A stretch of 64,000 nucleotides of DNA, taken from contig JANXVU010000147.1 in the NCBI GenBank assembly GCA_025351485.1, positions 6,067-70,066 on the forward strand, given 5' to 3'. Origin of the DNA: Candidatus Eiseniibacteriota bacterium (GTDB taxonomy: Bacteria > Eisenbacteria > RBG-16-71-46 > JACRLI01). Positions within the stretch are counted from its first letter, which is position 1. The number at the start of each line of letters is the position of its first letter. The notes under the pieces are model-generated. The model worked only from the letters and a program-made list of their open reading frames with translations. It did not search any database and was not told the DNA's origin. Positions 9,038-17,428 of the stretch are shown here, one piece after another. Made by a program: the position numbers and the translations under genes.

Positions 9038-9300
9038 CGACACCGTCCCTATGTTCCGGTGTCCCATCTATGTGAAAACGTGTTCCCCACCGCGAAGTCG
9101 TTCCGTAAACTACTGAAACACCCCGTGTAAGGATGCCCAGCGTTGGGTTGCGAACTTGGCAGGGAACAACACCGTGCTCCTGCTCTCATGGTGTTGGATG
9201 CACCGCGACCCTGCGGAGTTGCCCGGCGTCTCCTCTTGAAGGAAATCGGAAGGAAATCCCACTGAAAACGAACCTGAGCCCGGGGCACGACCACCTGGCC

Positions 9301-9969
9301 GTGATGGCCCGCGAGCCCGTGGCCGGTCGCGCCAAGACCCGCCTGTCGCCGCTGTTCGGCGCCGACGGCGCCGCGCACTTGTACGAAGCCTTTCTGAGGG
9401 ACACTCTGGAGCTTTCGCGGCTCTCGGGGACACGAACCAGCGTGTTCACCAGCGGCGGCACCTTGAAATCACTTCGCGGGGCGGCCCCGCACGTGAGCCG
9501 GTGGCTGCCGCAGGGCAAGGGAGACCTGGGCGAGCGCATGCGACGCGCCTTCGCCTCGTGCTTTCGCGCCGGCGCCCGGCGCGTGGTGCTGATCGGCACC
9601 GACAGCCCCGGCCTGCCCCTGCTGGAGCTTCGCGCGGCGTTCCGCGGCCTGCGCCGGTCGGACGTGGTGGTCGGCCCCGCTTCGGATGGCGGGTACTATC
9701 TGCTGGGGCTCGCGAGGCCGCTCCCCGCTCTCCTGCATCGAATGCCGTGGAGCACCCCGTCGCTGCTTTCGGCCACCGCCGCGCGCGCGCGGGAGCTCCA
9801 CCTGAAACTGGAAACGCTTCCCCTGTGGTTTGACGTGGACGCACCGGAAGACCTGGGCGTGCTGGAAGGGCTGGCGGCGCTGGGGCGCCTCCGTCCCCGG
9901 CCGCGCCACTCCCTGGCGGCGCTCGAGCAGTTGCGCGCGCGCCTCACCCCCAAGAAACGAGGCTCCTGA
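9301..9969 (+). CDS. DUF2064 family protein (TIGR04282-like nucleotide-diphospho-sugar-transferase fold)
   Basis: (M)MAREPVAGRAKTRLSPLFG...RVVLIGTDSPGLP...VVGPASDGGYYLLGL matches DUF2064 conserved blocks. The start is GTG 9301 or ATG 9304. The stop overlaps the next ATG (TGATG). Confidence 0.6.
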   Translation: MMAREPVAGRAKTRLSPLFGADGAAHLYEAFLRDTLELSRLSGTRTSVFTSGGTLKSLRGAAPHVSRWLPQGKGDLGERMRRAFASCFRAGARRVVLIGTDSPGLPLLELRAAFRGLRRSDVVVGPASDGGYYLLGLARPLPALLHRMPWSTPSLLSATAARARELHLKLETLPLWFDVDAPEDLGVLEGLAALGRLRPRPRHSLAALEQLRARLTPKKRGS

Positions 9970-10820
9970 TGTCCAAGACGTGGTTCATCACCGGCTGCTC
10001 CACCGGCTTCGGCCGCCTGCTCACGCAACGCTGCCTCGACGAAGGGCACAACGTCGCCGCCACCGCCCGGGACGCCTCGAAGATGGAAGGTTTCAAGGCG
10101 GTCCGGGACGGACAGCTCCTCGCGCTCCCGCTGGACGTGACCTCCGGCGCCCAGGTGACCTCCGCGGTCGAGGCGGCCCGGAAGAAATTCGGGCACGTCG
10201 ACGTGCTGGTGAACAACGCCGGCTACGGCTACTTCGCCACCCAGGAGGAGTCCGATCTGGACGAGGTGAGAAGGATGTTCGAGACCAACGTGCTGGGGCT
10301 CGCGCGGGTCACTTCGGCGGTGTTGCCCCTGCTGCGCGCCCAGGGCGGCGGGACGGTGGTGAACCTGTCCAGCATCGGCGGCCGGATGGCCACGCCGCGC
10401 GGAGGCTTCTACCAGGCCACCAAGTGGGGCGTGGAGGCCATGTCCGAGGCGTTGTACTTCGAGACCTGCTCGTTCGGCATCAAGGTGGTGGTGATCGAGC
10501 CGGGCGCCTACGAGACGGACTTCGGCCCCCGCTCGGCGAAGAGCTCGCCGAAGCTCACCGACCCGGGCTCGCCGTACGCGGAGCTGTACCCGAAGTGGAC
10601 CGAAATGTCCGGGCACGTGTTCGTGCCGCGCCAGGACCCCAAGGAAGTGGTGGACGCGATCTGGAACGCGGTGAAATCGGAGGAACCCTTCGTGCGCGTG
10701 CCGGTGGGACGCGACGCCGTGGACCTGGTGTCCCAGCGCGAGAAGCGCACCAGCGCCGAATACATCCAGTACCTGCACGAGCGGGCAGGCTACGGAGTGG
10801 GAGCGGCGAAGTCGAAGTAG
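9969..10820 (+). CDS. SDR-family short-chain dehydrogenase/reductase
   Basis: MSKTWFITGCSTGFGRLL (TGxxxGxG), NNAG, and S-Y-K catalytic triad residues (...SSIGG..., YQATKWG). Confidence 0.9.
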   Translation: MSKTWFITGCSTGFGRLLTQRCLDEGHNVAATARDASKMEGFKAVRDGQLLALPLDVTSGAQVTSAVEAARKKFGHVDVLVNNAGYGYFATQEESDLDEVRRMFETNVLGLARVTSAVLPLLRAQGGGTVVNLSSIGGRMATPRGGFYQATKWGVEAMSEALYFETCSFGIKVVVIEPGAYETDFGPRSAKSSPKLTDPGSPYAELYPKWTEMSGHVFVPRQDPKEVVDAIWNAVKSEEPFVRVPVGRDAVDLVSQREKRTSAEYIQYLHERAGYGVGAAKSK

Positions 10821-10904
10821 CCGCGGAGACCGAGACAATCACGGCCCGTCGGGGTGTTCCCGGCGGGCCGTCCTGTTGCGGGATGTCCGTGCAGTGCCGC
10901 GGCG

Positions 10905-11816
10905 CTAGTAGATGCCCTTGCCCATGGCCGAACAGAGCAATTCCACCCCCAGGGCCGCGGTGCGATTGGCATCGTCCAGCACCGGGTTGATTTCAACCAG
11001 GTCGATGGAGCGGATCCGCTCGCAGTCGGAGAGCATTTCCATGGCCAGGTGCGCCTCGCGGTACGAGATGCCGCCGCGCACCGGCGTTCCGGTCCCGGGC
11101 GCGTCGCGCGGGTCCAGCGCGTCCATGTCGAAGCTCAGGTGGACCCCCGCCGTGCCCGCGGTGGCCCGCTCGATGGCGAGCTCCATCACCCTGCGCATGC
11201 CCAGTTCGTCGATGTGGCGCATGGTGTACACCGTGACGCCCGCGCGGCGCATGTTCTCGCGCTCGCCCGGGTCCAGGTCGCGGGCCCCGATGAGCACGGA
11301 TTCCTCCGGGCGCACCTTGGGCGAGAATCCCATGAGCCCGGTGAGTTGCGGCGCGCCCAGTCCGCAGGAGACCGCGAAGGACATGCCGTGGATGTTCCCC
11401 GACGGCGTGGTCTCCGGAGTGTTGAAGTCCCCGTGGGCGTCGATCCACACCAGACCCAGTCGCTCCCCGCGCTCATGAAAATAGGCCGAGGAGCCCGCCA
11501 CCGAGCCCACGGAAAGCGAGTGGTCCCCTCCCAGCACCACGGGAGTGCGCCCGTCGGTGATGGACTGCTTCACCTGGGCCGCGAGTTCGCGGGAGATCGT
11601 GGAAATGACGTCGCAGAACTTGAGCTTGGGATCGCCGACGGTGGAGGTTTCCAGGATGGAGGCGTTGATGTCCCCGGAATCCTCCACGTCCAGCCCCAGC
11701 GCGCGCAGCCGGGGCTCGAGATCCGCCACGCGCAGCGCCGACGGACCCATGTCCACGCCCCGGCGCCCCGCGCCTAGGTCGATACGCATTCCGATCAAAC
11801 GGACTTTGTCGCTCAC
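10905..11816 (-). CDS. arginase-family ureohydrolase (arginase/agmatinase)
   Basis: GTG start at 11814-11816 with GAGGAAG upstream. (M)SDKVRLIGMRIDLGAGRRGVDMGPSALR, GGDHSLS, DAHGDFNTPETTPSGNIHGM, SFDMDALDP - the binuclear-Mn arginase-fold motifs. Confidence 0.85.
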   Translation of the reverse strand: MSDKVRLIGMRIDLGAGRRGVDMGPSALRVADLEPRLRALGLDVEDSGDINASILETSTVGDPKLKFCDVISTISRELAAQVKQSITDGRTPVVLGGDHSLSVGSVAGSSAYFHERGERLGLVWIDAHGDFNTPETTPSGNIHGMSFAVSCGLGAPQLTGLMGFSPKVRPEESVLIGARDLDPGERENMRRAGVTVYTMRHIDELGMRRVMELAIERATAGTAGVHLSFDMDALDPRDAPGTGTPVRGGISYREAHLAMEMLSDCERIRSIDLVEINPVLDDANRTAALGVELLCSAMGKGIY

Positions 11817-11839
11817 GGCTTCCTCTGGGGGATGGGGAT

Positions 11840-12634
11840 TCAGGGCATCTTTTTGCCGGCGATGAGCGCCTTCACTTCCGCGGTGTGCGGCCCGTTCGGC
11901 TCCGCCTTGAGATAGGCCTGCCACGAAGCCTTGGCCTCCGCTTCCCGGCCCATCATGTGCAGGATCACGCCGCGGTTGTAAATGGCATTGGGATGGCCGG
12001 GCCCGTGCGCGAGCACGCTGTCCAGTTCCCCCAGGGCCAGGTCGTGCTTGCCGGTCTGGTACAGGCAGGTCGCCAGGTCCACGCGGGCGTCGTCCTTGTC
12101 CGGCTCCAGGGCGAGGGCGCGGCGATAGTAGGTCGCCGCCTGGTCGAAGTGGCCGGCGTCGTAGAGCACGTTGGCCATGCCGATCAGGTGCATGGGGTTG
12201 TTGGGCTGTTTTTCCACGGCCTGCTTGAGGATCGCCAACTGGCTGGTGTCGCCGGGGACGCCGGCGCCCGCGGTCACGCGCCCGTTCTCGGCCCGGGCAT
12301 CGGCTCCGGCCTCGGAGCCGGCGGGCTTCTGTTGTTTGAGATACAGCAGGAACAGCGCGACCACGGTCACAGCTGTAAATACGCCGATGATCGCGTTCCG
12401 GGTGCCCCGGGAAAGCGGGCCGTGGGCGGCATGGGGCTTCGCAGCGGCGGCCGCGGGCTTACGCGGAGCAGGAGCCGGGGCCGGGGCCGGTTTGGCCGCC
12501 GGTGGCGCGGGCGGGGCCGCGTGGGCCTCGGCGGGGATCGCGGAGGCATGCAGCGGCAGCCCGCACTCCGGGCAGACGGCCCCTCCCGGCAAGATCGATG
12601 CACCGCATTCCCTGCAACGGATCGATTCGTTCAC
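11840..12634 (-). CDS. zinc-ribbon / TM / TPR-repeat protein
   Basis: GTG 12632-12634 with AGGAGGAG RBS 7 nt upstream. (M)NESIRCRECGASILPGGAVCPECGLP is a zinc ribbon, followed by a Pro/Ala-rich linker, a TM helix AIIGVFTAVTVVALFLLYL, and C-terminal TPR repeats (...YYRRALALEPDKDDARVDLATCLYQTGKHDLA...). Confidence 0.7.
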   Translation of the reverse strand: MNESIRCRECGASILPGGAVCPECGLPLHASAIPAEAHAAPPAPPAAKPAPAPAPAPRKPAAAAAKPHAAHGPLSRGTRNAIIGVFTAVTVVALFLLYLKQQKPAGSEAGADARAENGRVTAGAGVPGDTSQLAILKQAVEKQPNNPMHLIGMANVLYDAGHFDQAATYYRRALALEPDKDDARVDLATCLYQTGKHDLALGELDSVLAHGPGHPNAIYNRGVILHMMGREAEAKASWQAYLKAEPNGPHTAEVKALIAGKKMP

Positions 12635-12654
12635 GAACTCTCCTCCTGACATAG

Positions 12655-12685
12655 GAAAGGGCAGGGCGGATCGCCCTGCCCTTTC
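12655..12685. repeat. perfect 14-bp stem / 3-nt loop hairpin in the intercistronic region
   Basis: gaaagggcagggcg-gat-cgccctgccctttc. No flanking T-run. It lies between the HMA-like gene stop and the Zn-ribbon/TPR gene RBS. Confidence 0.7.
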
Positions 12686-12707
12686 CCGAATTGAGCTGAC
12701 GGGCGAT

Positions 12708-13253
12708 CTAGAGCGTCTTGTCCTTGCTGCCGGAGCCGGTGCTCACCTTGGCGCCGGTGGTCGAGTGCGGGCAGGCCTTGCCGGCCGAAGCGCCCTTGGC
12801 GTACGGGCAGCTGCCGCCGTTTTCCGACATGTCGGCCGTGACGACCTCGGCCTTGTAGCCGAGGGTCGCGAGCTTGCGGGCGCAGGCGGCCGAGGAGGCG
12901 GTGCCGTTGTGGCAGACCACCGCGGTGCCGTTCTCCAGGTCGCAGTTCACGTCGTTCACGCCCTTCATGGAGGCGAAGGCCGCCTGGATCTTCTTGGCGT
13001 CCTTGTCGGCCTTCAGGCCGGCGATCGCGAACGTGGTGTGCTCCATCTTCATCGACTTGGTGGCGGAAGCGCCCTCGGCGCCGTCGCAGTGCATCTTGGA
13101 GCACTGGCCGGCGGACATCCCGGCGGAACACTGGCCGGCGCCCGTCGAGGCCGCGCTGGCGGAAGCGCCCTTCGCGCCCTTGTCGTTGGGGCAGGCCATG
13201 GCCGCGGAAGCGACCAGGGCGAGGAGCACGGTAAGAGCGAGAATCTTCTTCAT
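12708..13253 (-). CDS. secreted Cys/Met-rich protein with an HMA-like (ferredoxin-fold) core lacking the canonical MxCxxC
   Basis: GGGAGGA RBS. Signal peptide MKKILALTVLLALVASAAMAC (possible lipobox). Core beta-alpha-beta-beta-alpha-beta TTFAIAGLKADKDAKKIQAAFASMKGVNDVNCDLENGTAVV...AACARKLATLGYKAEV. Flanking GQCSAGMSAGQCSKMHC and SCPYAKGASAGKACPHS Cys/His clusters. Confidence 0.55.
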   Translation of the reverse strand: MKKILALTVLLALVASAAMACPNDKGAKGASASAASTGAGQCSAGMSAGQCSKMHCDGAEGASATKSMKMEHTTFAIAGLKADKDAKKIQAAFASMKGVNDVNCDLENGTAVVCHNGTASSAACARKLATLGYKAEVVTADMSENGGSCPYAKGASAGKACPHSTTGAKVSTGSGSKDKTL

Positions 13254-13483
13254 GAATATCCTCCCGTAAGGATGTGGGTATCGATTCCGAGCTTCAAACC
13301 GGGGCCGGGGAAGGGGCCCTCGGGTTCTGACATCTCATGGATAAGGGTATCATCGGCACAATCCGGGAGCAAGCCCAGTTCAATCTTGGGACACCTGCTT
13401 TAAACTTCTGCGATATAAGAGGTTGCGGTCACGGGTCCAACCTGCCCCGGCCGGCTCCCGCCCGCGCCTGCTATGTTCCTCCC

Positions 13484-14518
13484 ATGAACATCCAGGAAAA
13501 CGTGCCGCTCGCCCCCCACACCACCCTGCGGATCGGCGGCCCCGCGCGCTACTATGCCACTGCCCTGAGCGAGGAAGAGCTGCGTGACGCGGCGCTGTGG
13601 GCGCGCTCCAGGTCGCTGCCGGTCTTCGTGCTTGGAGGCGGCAGCAACCTGGTGATTTCCGACGACGGTTTCCCGGGACTGGTCCTGCACGTGAGGCTGC
13701 GCGGCATCGAGGCGACCCAGGACGGTCGCGTGGTGGCCGCGGCCGGCGAGGACTGGGACGCGCTGGTCTCCCGCTGCGTCGCCGCCGGACTCGCCGGGAT
13801 CGAGTGCCTGAGCGGCATCCCCGGCAGCGTGGGCGGAACTCCGGTGCAGAACGTGGGCGCGTACGGGCAGGAAGTGAGCGCGACGATCCGCTCGGTGCGC
13901 GCCATGGACATCGCCACCGGGGAGTTCCGCAACCTGGCCGCCTCCGAATGCGGCTTCTCGTACCGCACCAGCATCTTCAATTCATCGGAGCGCGGCAGGC
14001 ACGTGGTCTCTTCCGTCACCTATGAGCTCGATCCCGGCGGCGCGCCCCGGCTGGACTACAAGGAATTGAAAGACCGGTTCGAAGGCAGGCCTGCGCCCTC
14101 GCTGGCGGAAGTGCGCGAGGCGGTGCTCACGGTGCGCGCGGGCAAATCCATGCTGCTCGCCTCCGACGACCCGAATTCGCGCAGCGCCGGGTCCTTTTTC
14201 AAGAACCCGATCGTGAGGGAGCCTTTGTGGGCGGCGCTGGAAAAGACCACCGGCGTGCCCGCGCCGCGCTACGCGGTGAGCCCGGGCCTGGTCAAGGTGC
14301 CGGCCGCCTGGCTGATCGACCGGGCCGGGTTCCAGCGCGGAGAGCGGCGCGGACCGGTGGGAATCTCGTCGCGCCACACCCTGGCCCTGGTCAACTTCGG
14401 GGGCAACGCGACCGCGGCGCAGTTGATGAAGTTGGCCGTGGAGATCCAGGCGCGCGTGATGAAGCGTTTCGGAATTGAGCTGGAGATGGAACCGGTGCGG
14501 GTGGGCTTCGGGGAGTGA
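13484..14518 (+). CDS. murB: UDP-N-acetylenolpyruvoylglucosamine reductase
   Basis: MNIQENVPLAPHTTLRIGGPARYYA...VLGGGSNLVISDDGFPGLV...GIECLSGIPGSVGGTPVQNVGAYGQE...RSAGSFFKNP - FAD-binding MurB motifs. The upstream 49 codons of the listed ORF are an artefact. Confidence 0.9.
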   Translation: MNIQENVPLAPHTTLRIGGPARYYATALSEEELRDAALWARSRSLPVFVLGGGSNLVISDDGFPGLVLHVRLRGIEATQDGRVVAAAGEDWDALVSRCVAAGLAGIECLSGIPGSVGGTPVQNVGAYGQEVSATIRSVRAMDIATGEFRNLAASECGFSYRTSIFNSSERGRHVVSSVTYELDPGGAPRLDYKELKDRFEGRPAPSLAEVREAVLTVRAGKSMLLASDDPNSRSAGSFFKNPIVREPLWAALEKTTGVPAPRYAVSPGLVKVPAAWLIDRAGFQRGERRGPVGISSRHTLALVNFGGNATAAQLMKLAVEIQARVMKRFGIELEMEPVRVGFGE

Positions 14519-14978
14519 TCGTGGTCTCAAGGAAGTAGAAGTTGGACAGCAGGGCAAGGGTTGGCAAGTCCCGGGACTCATGCGGCGCGGCAGGCAAGCC
14601 ATACCCAAAGAAACCGACTCTGTTACCTAGCGTTAGACGTTCGATCCGCCGGCTGCAGACCCTTCTCGATCACGCAATCGATGCCCACAGAGCCTGCGCA
14701 CCAAGTGGCAACGCTTTCCAGGGAGCTCCCAGATCGTTACCCGGGAGGTCAATCCTGTTTCCGCGCCGTTTGAGCGTCGCCTCGGTCCCGCAGAACAACA
14801 CAGAACAGAGGCGTGGGGCACCAAGCCGCGAGTTCGTCATGTATCTTGAACCTGACGATTGATCAGGTAATTTGATGAGACCCAGAGTCAGGAGGTTGGG
14901 ACTTCAGTCATATCCGCGATCCCTGCTCTGCCTAAGAGACGCGCTTCCCGACGTCAGCCATGCGCTTCAAACAAGCGG

Positions 14979-16259
14979 CTACTGATCGAACTCCGGGCTC
15001 ACGGCGGACACCGCGTCCTTGAGCGTGATCAATCCCTTGAGGTGGCCGCCCTCGTCCACCACCGGCAGCGCCAGGAAATCGTACTTGGCGAAGGCCGACA
15101 CCACCTCCTGGTGGTCGGCATCCAGCGGAATGGTCTTGGGGTGGGTCTCCATGATCTCGGAGACCGGCGTGTCCGACGTGGCACGCAGCAGGTCCACGAT
15201 GGTCAGCGCGCCGCGCAGCGTCTCGTCGCGGTCGATGACGAAGACGTAGGCGGAGGACTCCAGCGGCTGGTCGATGGCGCGGATCCGATCCAGGGCGTGG
15301 GATGCGGTCTGGTGCTTTTCCACGCTCACGAACTCGGTCGTCATCAGCGCGCCGGCCGAACCCTCCGGGTAGCTGAGCAGCTCCCGCAGTTCTTCCCGCC
15401 GCTCCGATTCCATGTCTTCCATCAGGCTCTCGGCGTCGCTCTCCGGCATGTCTTGCAGCAGGTCCGCGGCCTCGTCGGGGGCCATTTCCTCCAGGATATC
15501 GGCGGCCATCTCCTCGCCCACCGACTCCAGCAGCGGGATCTGCAGCTTTTCGTCCACCTCTTCCAGGGTCTCGGCGGCGGTCTCCACGTCGAGCGAGCGG
15601 AACATGGCCTGGCGCTGGTGGATGTTGAGGTCTTCCATGATGTCGGCCAGGTCGGAGGGGTGCAGGTCGTTGAGCTTGCGCTGGGTGACGTTGATCTTGA
15701 GCGCCGCGGCCCCGGGGTCCGACACCAGCGGCTGCACGAACTTCCAGGAAACCAGGTGGTCGGGTACGGTGTAGCTGAAGAGCCAGTCGGTGAAGGCGTC
15801 GAACGCCCGGGCCAGCCCCAGCCGCCGCACCAATCCTCGAAAACCGACGTCCACGTGCACCACCCGCAGCTCGCGCTCGGCCACCAGGAAGTGCAGGTCG
15901 TTCACCCGCTCCAGCTTGGCTCCGTGGGTGTCCACGATCTGCTTGTCCAGGATCTCGCGGCGCAACTGGATGTGCTGGGTCTGGGGATTGAACGGAACCA
16001 TCTGGTCCTCGGCCCCCGCGCGCAGGCGCAGCTCCTTGCCATTCAACCCTTCCACCCCGCTCCAGTCCAGCTGCATCAGTCCGCGCCGGCTCTTCAGGAC
16101 CACCGTGGTCACCCGAGGATAGATCTCCCCCAGCTGGATGATCAGGTCATGCACCTTCCCGTGATGCCCCCCGTCCGGCGTGACGGCGCGCGCGTCCAGG
16201 ACTTCCGTGAGGAAGACGAACATTTTCAGGACGTCCATGGGGTAGGCGGAAGTGCTCAT
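14979..16259 (-). CDS. soluble MgtE-N / CBS-pair protein with an N-terminal PRC-barrel-like domain (no membrane domain)
   Basis: GKVHDLIIQLGEIYPRVTTVVL (PRC-barrel-like); acidic MgtE_N helix bundle ADIMEDLNIHQRQAMFRSLDVETAAETLEEVDEKLQ...; two CBS motifs (ALMTTEFVSVEKHQT..., VSEIMETHPKTIPLDADHQEV...FLALPVVDEGGHLKGLITLKDAV). ATG at 16257-16259. Confidence 0.8.
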   Translation of the reverse strand: MSTSAYPMDVLKMFVFLTEVLDARAVTPDGGHHGKVHDLIIQLGEIYPRVTTVVLKSRRGLMQLDWSGVEGLNGKELRLRAGAEDQMVPFNPQTQHIQLRREILDKQIVDTHGAKLERVNDLHFLVAERELRVVHVDVGFRGLVRRLGLARAFDAFTDWLFSYTVPDHLVSWKFVQPLVSDPGAAALKINVTQRKLNDLHPSDLADIMEDLNIHQRQAMFRSLDVETAAETLEEVDEKLQIPLLESVGEEMAADILEEMAPDEAADLLQDMPESDAESLMEDMESERREELRELLSYPEGSAGALMTTEFVSVEKHQTASHALDRIRAIDQPLESSAYVFVIDRDETLRGALTIVDLLRATSDTPVSEIMETHPKTIPLDADHQEVVSAFAKYDFLALPVVDEGGHLKGLITLKDAVSAVSPEFDQ

Positions 16260-17425
16260 GGGTTCGTTTCCGGGTCGATGGTCTGCCGAGGCAAGGAAGC
16301 CGGATGCAATCGGCCTAAGATCGCGCCAAGCGTGCGTCGCTCGTAGATCCACAACAGAGTCGAAAGCCACGCCGGATCCGGCTCCGCGCCGATCCGGGGG
16401 ACTTCCAGGGAGTCGGTCCCGGCCACCGCGGCGAAAGGCTCGGTCGTGAATATCAGGTCGTAGCCGAGCTCGTGCGCGCGGCGAACAAGTTCGGGGCTGC
16501 GCTGGCCCCATGGCCAGGCGAAGGCGTCGGTCGGAGCGCCAAGGTGTTCTTCGATGGCTCTTCGCGAGCCGGCAAGCTCGAGATTCAGGCGGGCTTCGTA
16601 GTCGGACCTGGCTTCGAAACGGCCAGAGCCTCCGCGCAATCTGAAGTTTCTCACGGTTTCCCGTCCCGAGGCAACCGTTCGAGCCTTGGAGCCGGAGGCG
16701 ACCAAGGCAGCGACGAGGTTCGAGTCGGGATGAAACGACGGCCCGAGCAGCGCAGATCGCCCCAGGAACACCGGAAGAGATGCCCGGGAATCCCCCGACG
16801 AGGCTTGAATGGTCTTCCAGTTGGGGCTGGTCGCAAACCCCAGGAGCGACTCGGAGCCGAAGGCGAACGAGTGCGAAGCGCTATGCGATCCGAGTTCGAC
16901 GATGCCGGCCCGCGCCATGAGGACAACCTCGGACCAGCGCAGGGAGTAGGGGTTCGGGGCGTGCGGAGCGCTCGCCGCATACCGATCCGCGTCGCCGGCC
17001 CCTCGAAGGGCCGCCGCGGGGGAATTCTCCTGAGGCGACTTGGAGCGAAGCGACGGAGCCGAAGGGGAAATCCCCCGTGGTGGCCCTTCGCCCAGTCTGT
17101 CCGTCACGAGGAACAGTATCGCGTGCTCGCGATGCCGGATCAGCGGACGCATCAGCCCCGCGTAGTTCGAGGCGTCGCCGTCGTCGAAGGTCAACAAGAT
17201 CTCGCCGCGACCGGGCTTTCGCGTCCCCCTTAGAACTCCTCGAAATTCCTCAAGGCTGAGAGTTCGGAACCCGTTTCTGGACAGCCAGGCTGCGGTGCGC
17301 TCAAAGTCTTTCGTCTTGTGGAAGAACAGCACTGGAACAGTCGGCAGAACTACCGGCTCCAGCCAGATGATCCAGGTCGCCAACATCATCAAGGCGACCA
17401 CGCCCCACAGGATCAGCCGGCGCAC
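16256..17425 (-). CDS. polysaccharide deacetylase (NodB-homology) with an N-terminal TM anchor
   Basis: TM MRRLILWGVVALMMLATWIIWL; NodB motifs LLTFDDGDASNY and AILFLVTDRLG...; C-terminal ELGYDLIFTTEP. Confidence 0.75.
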   Translation of the reverse strand: MRRLILWGVVALMMLATWIIWLEPVVLPTVPVLFFHKTKDFERTAAWLSRNGFRTLSLEEFRGVLRGTRKPGRGEILLTFDDGDASNYAGLMRPLIRHREHAILFLVTDRLGEGPPRGISPSAPSLRSKSPQENSPAAALRGAGDADRYAASAPHAPNPYSLRWSEVVLMARAGIVELGSHSASHSFAFGSESLLGFATSPNWKTIQASSGDSRASLPVFLGRSALLGPSFHPDSNLVAALVASGSKARTVASGRETVRNFRLRGGSGRFEARSDYEARLNLELAGSRRAIEEHLGAPTDAFAWPWGQRSPELVRRAHELGYDLIFTTEPFAAVAGTDSLEVPRIGAEPDPAWLSTLLWIYERRTLGAILGRLHPASLPRQTIDPETNP

Positions 17426-17428
17426 TTC

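Noticed and set aside
14563-14577. RNase P RNA-like motif ggcaagtcccgggac (compare GGAAAGTCCGGGCUCC)
   Set aside because: No accompanying P4 partner, AUAGGGCA or GGUAA motifs. The surrounding sequence cannot form the RNase P core.
14639-14647. tRNA T-loop-like gttcgatcc
   Set aside because: The flanks do not form a T-stem or acceptor stem. No cloverleaf could be built.
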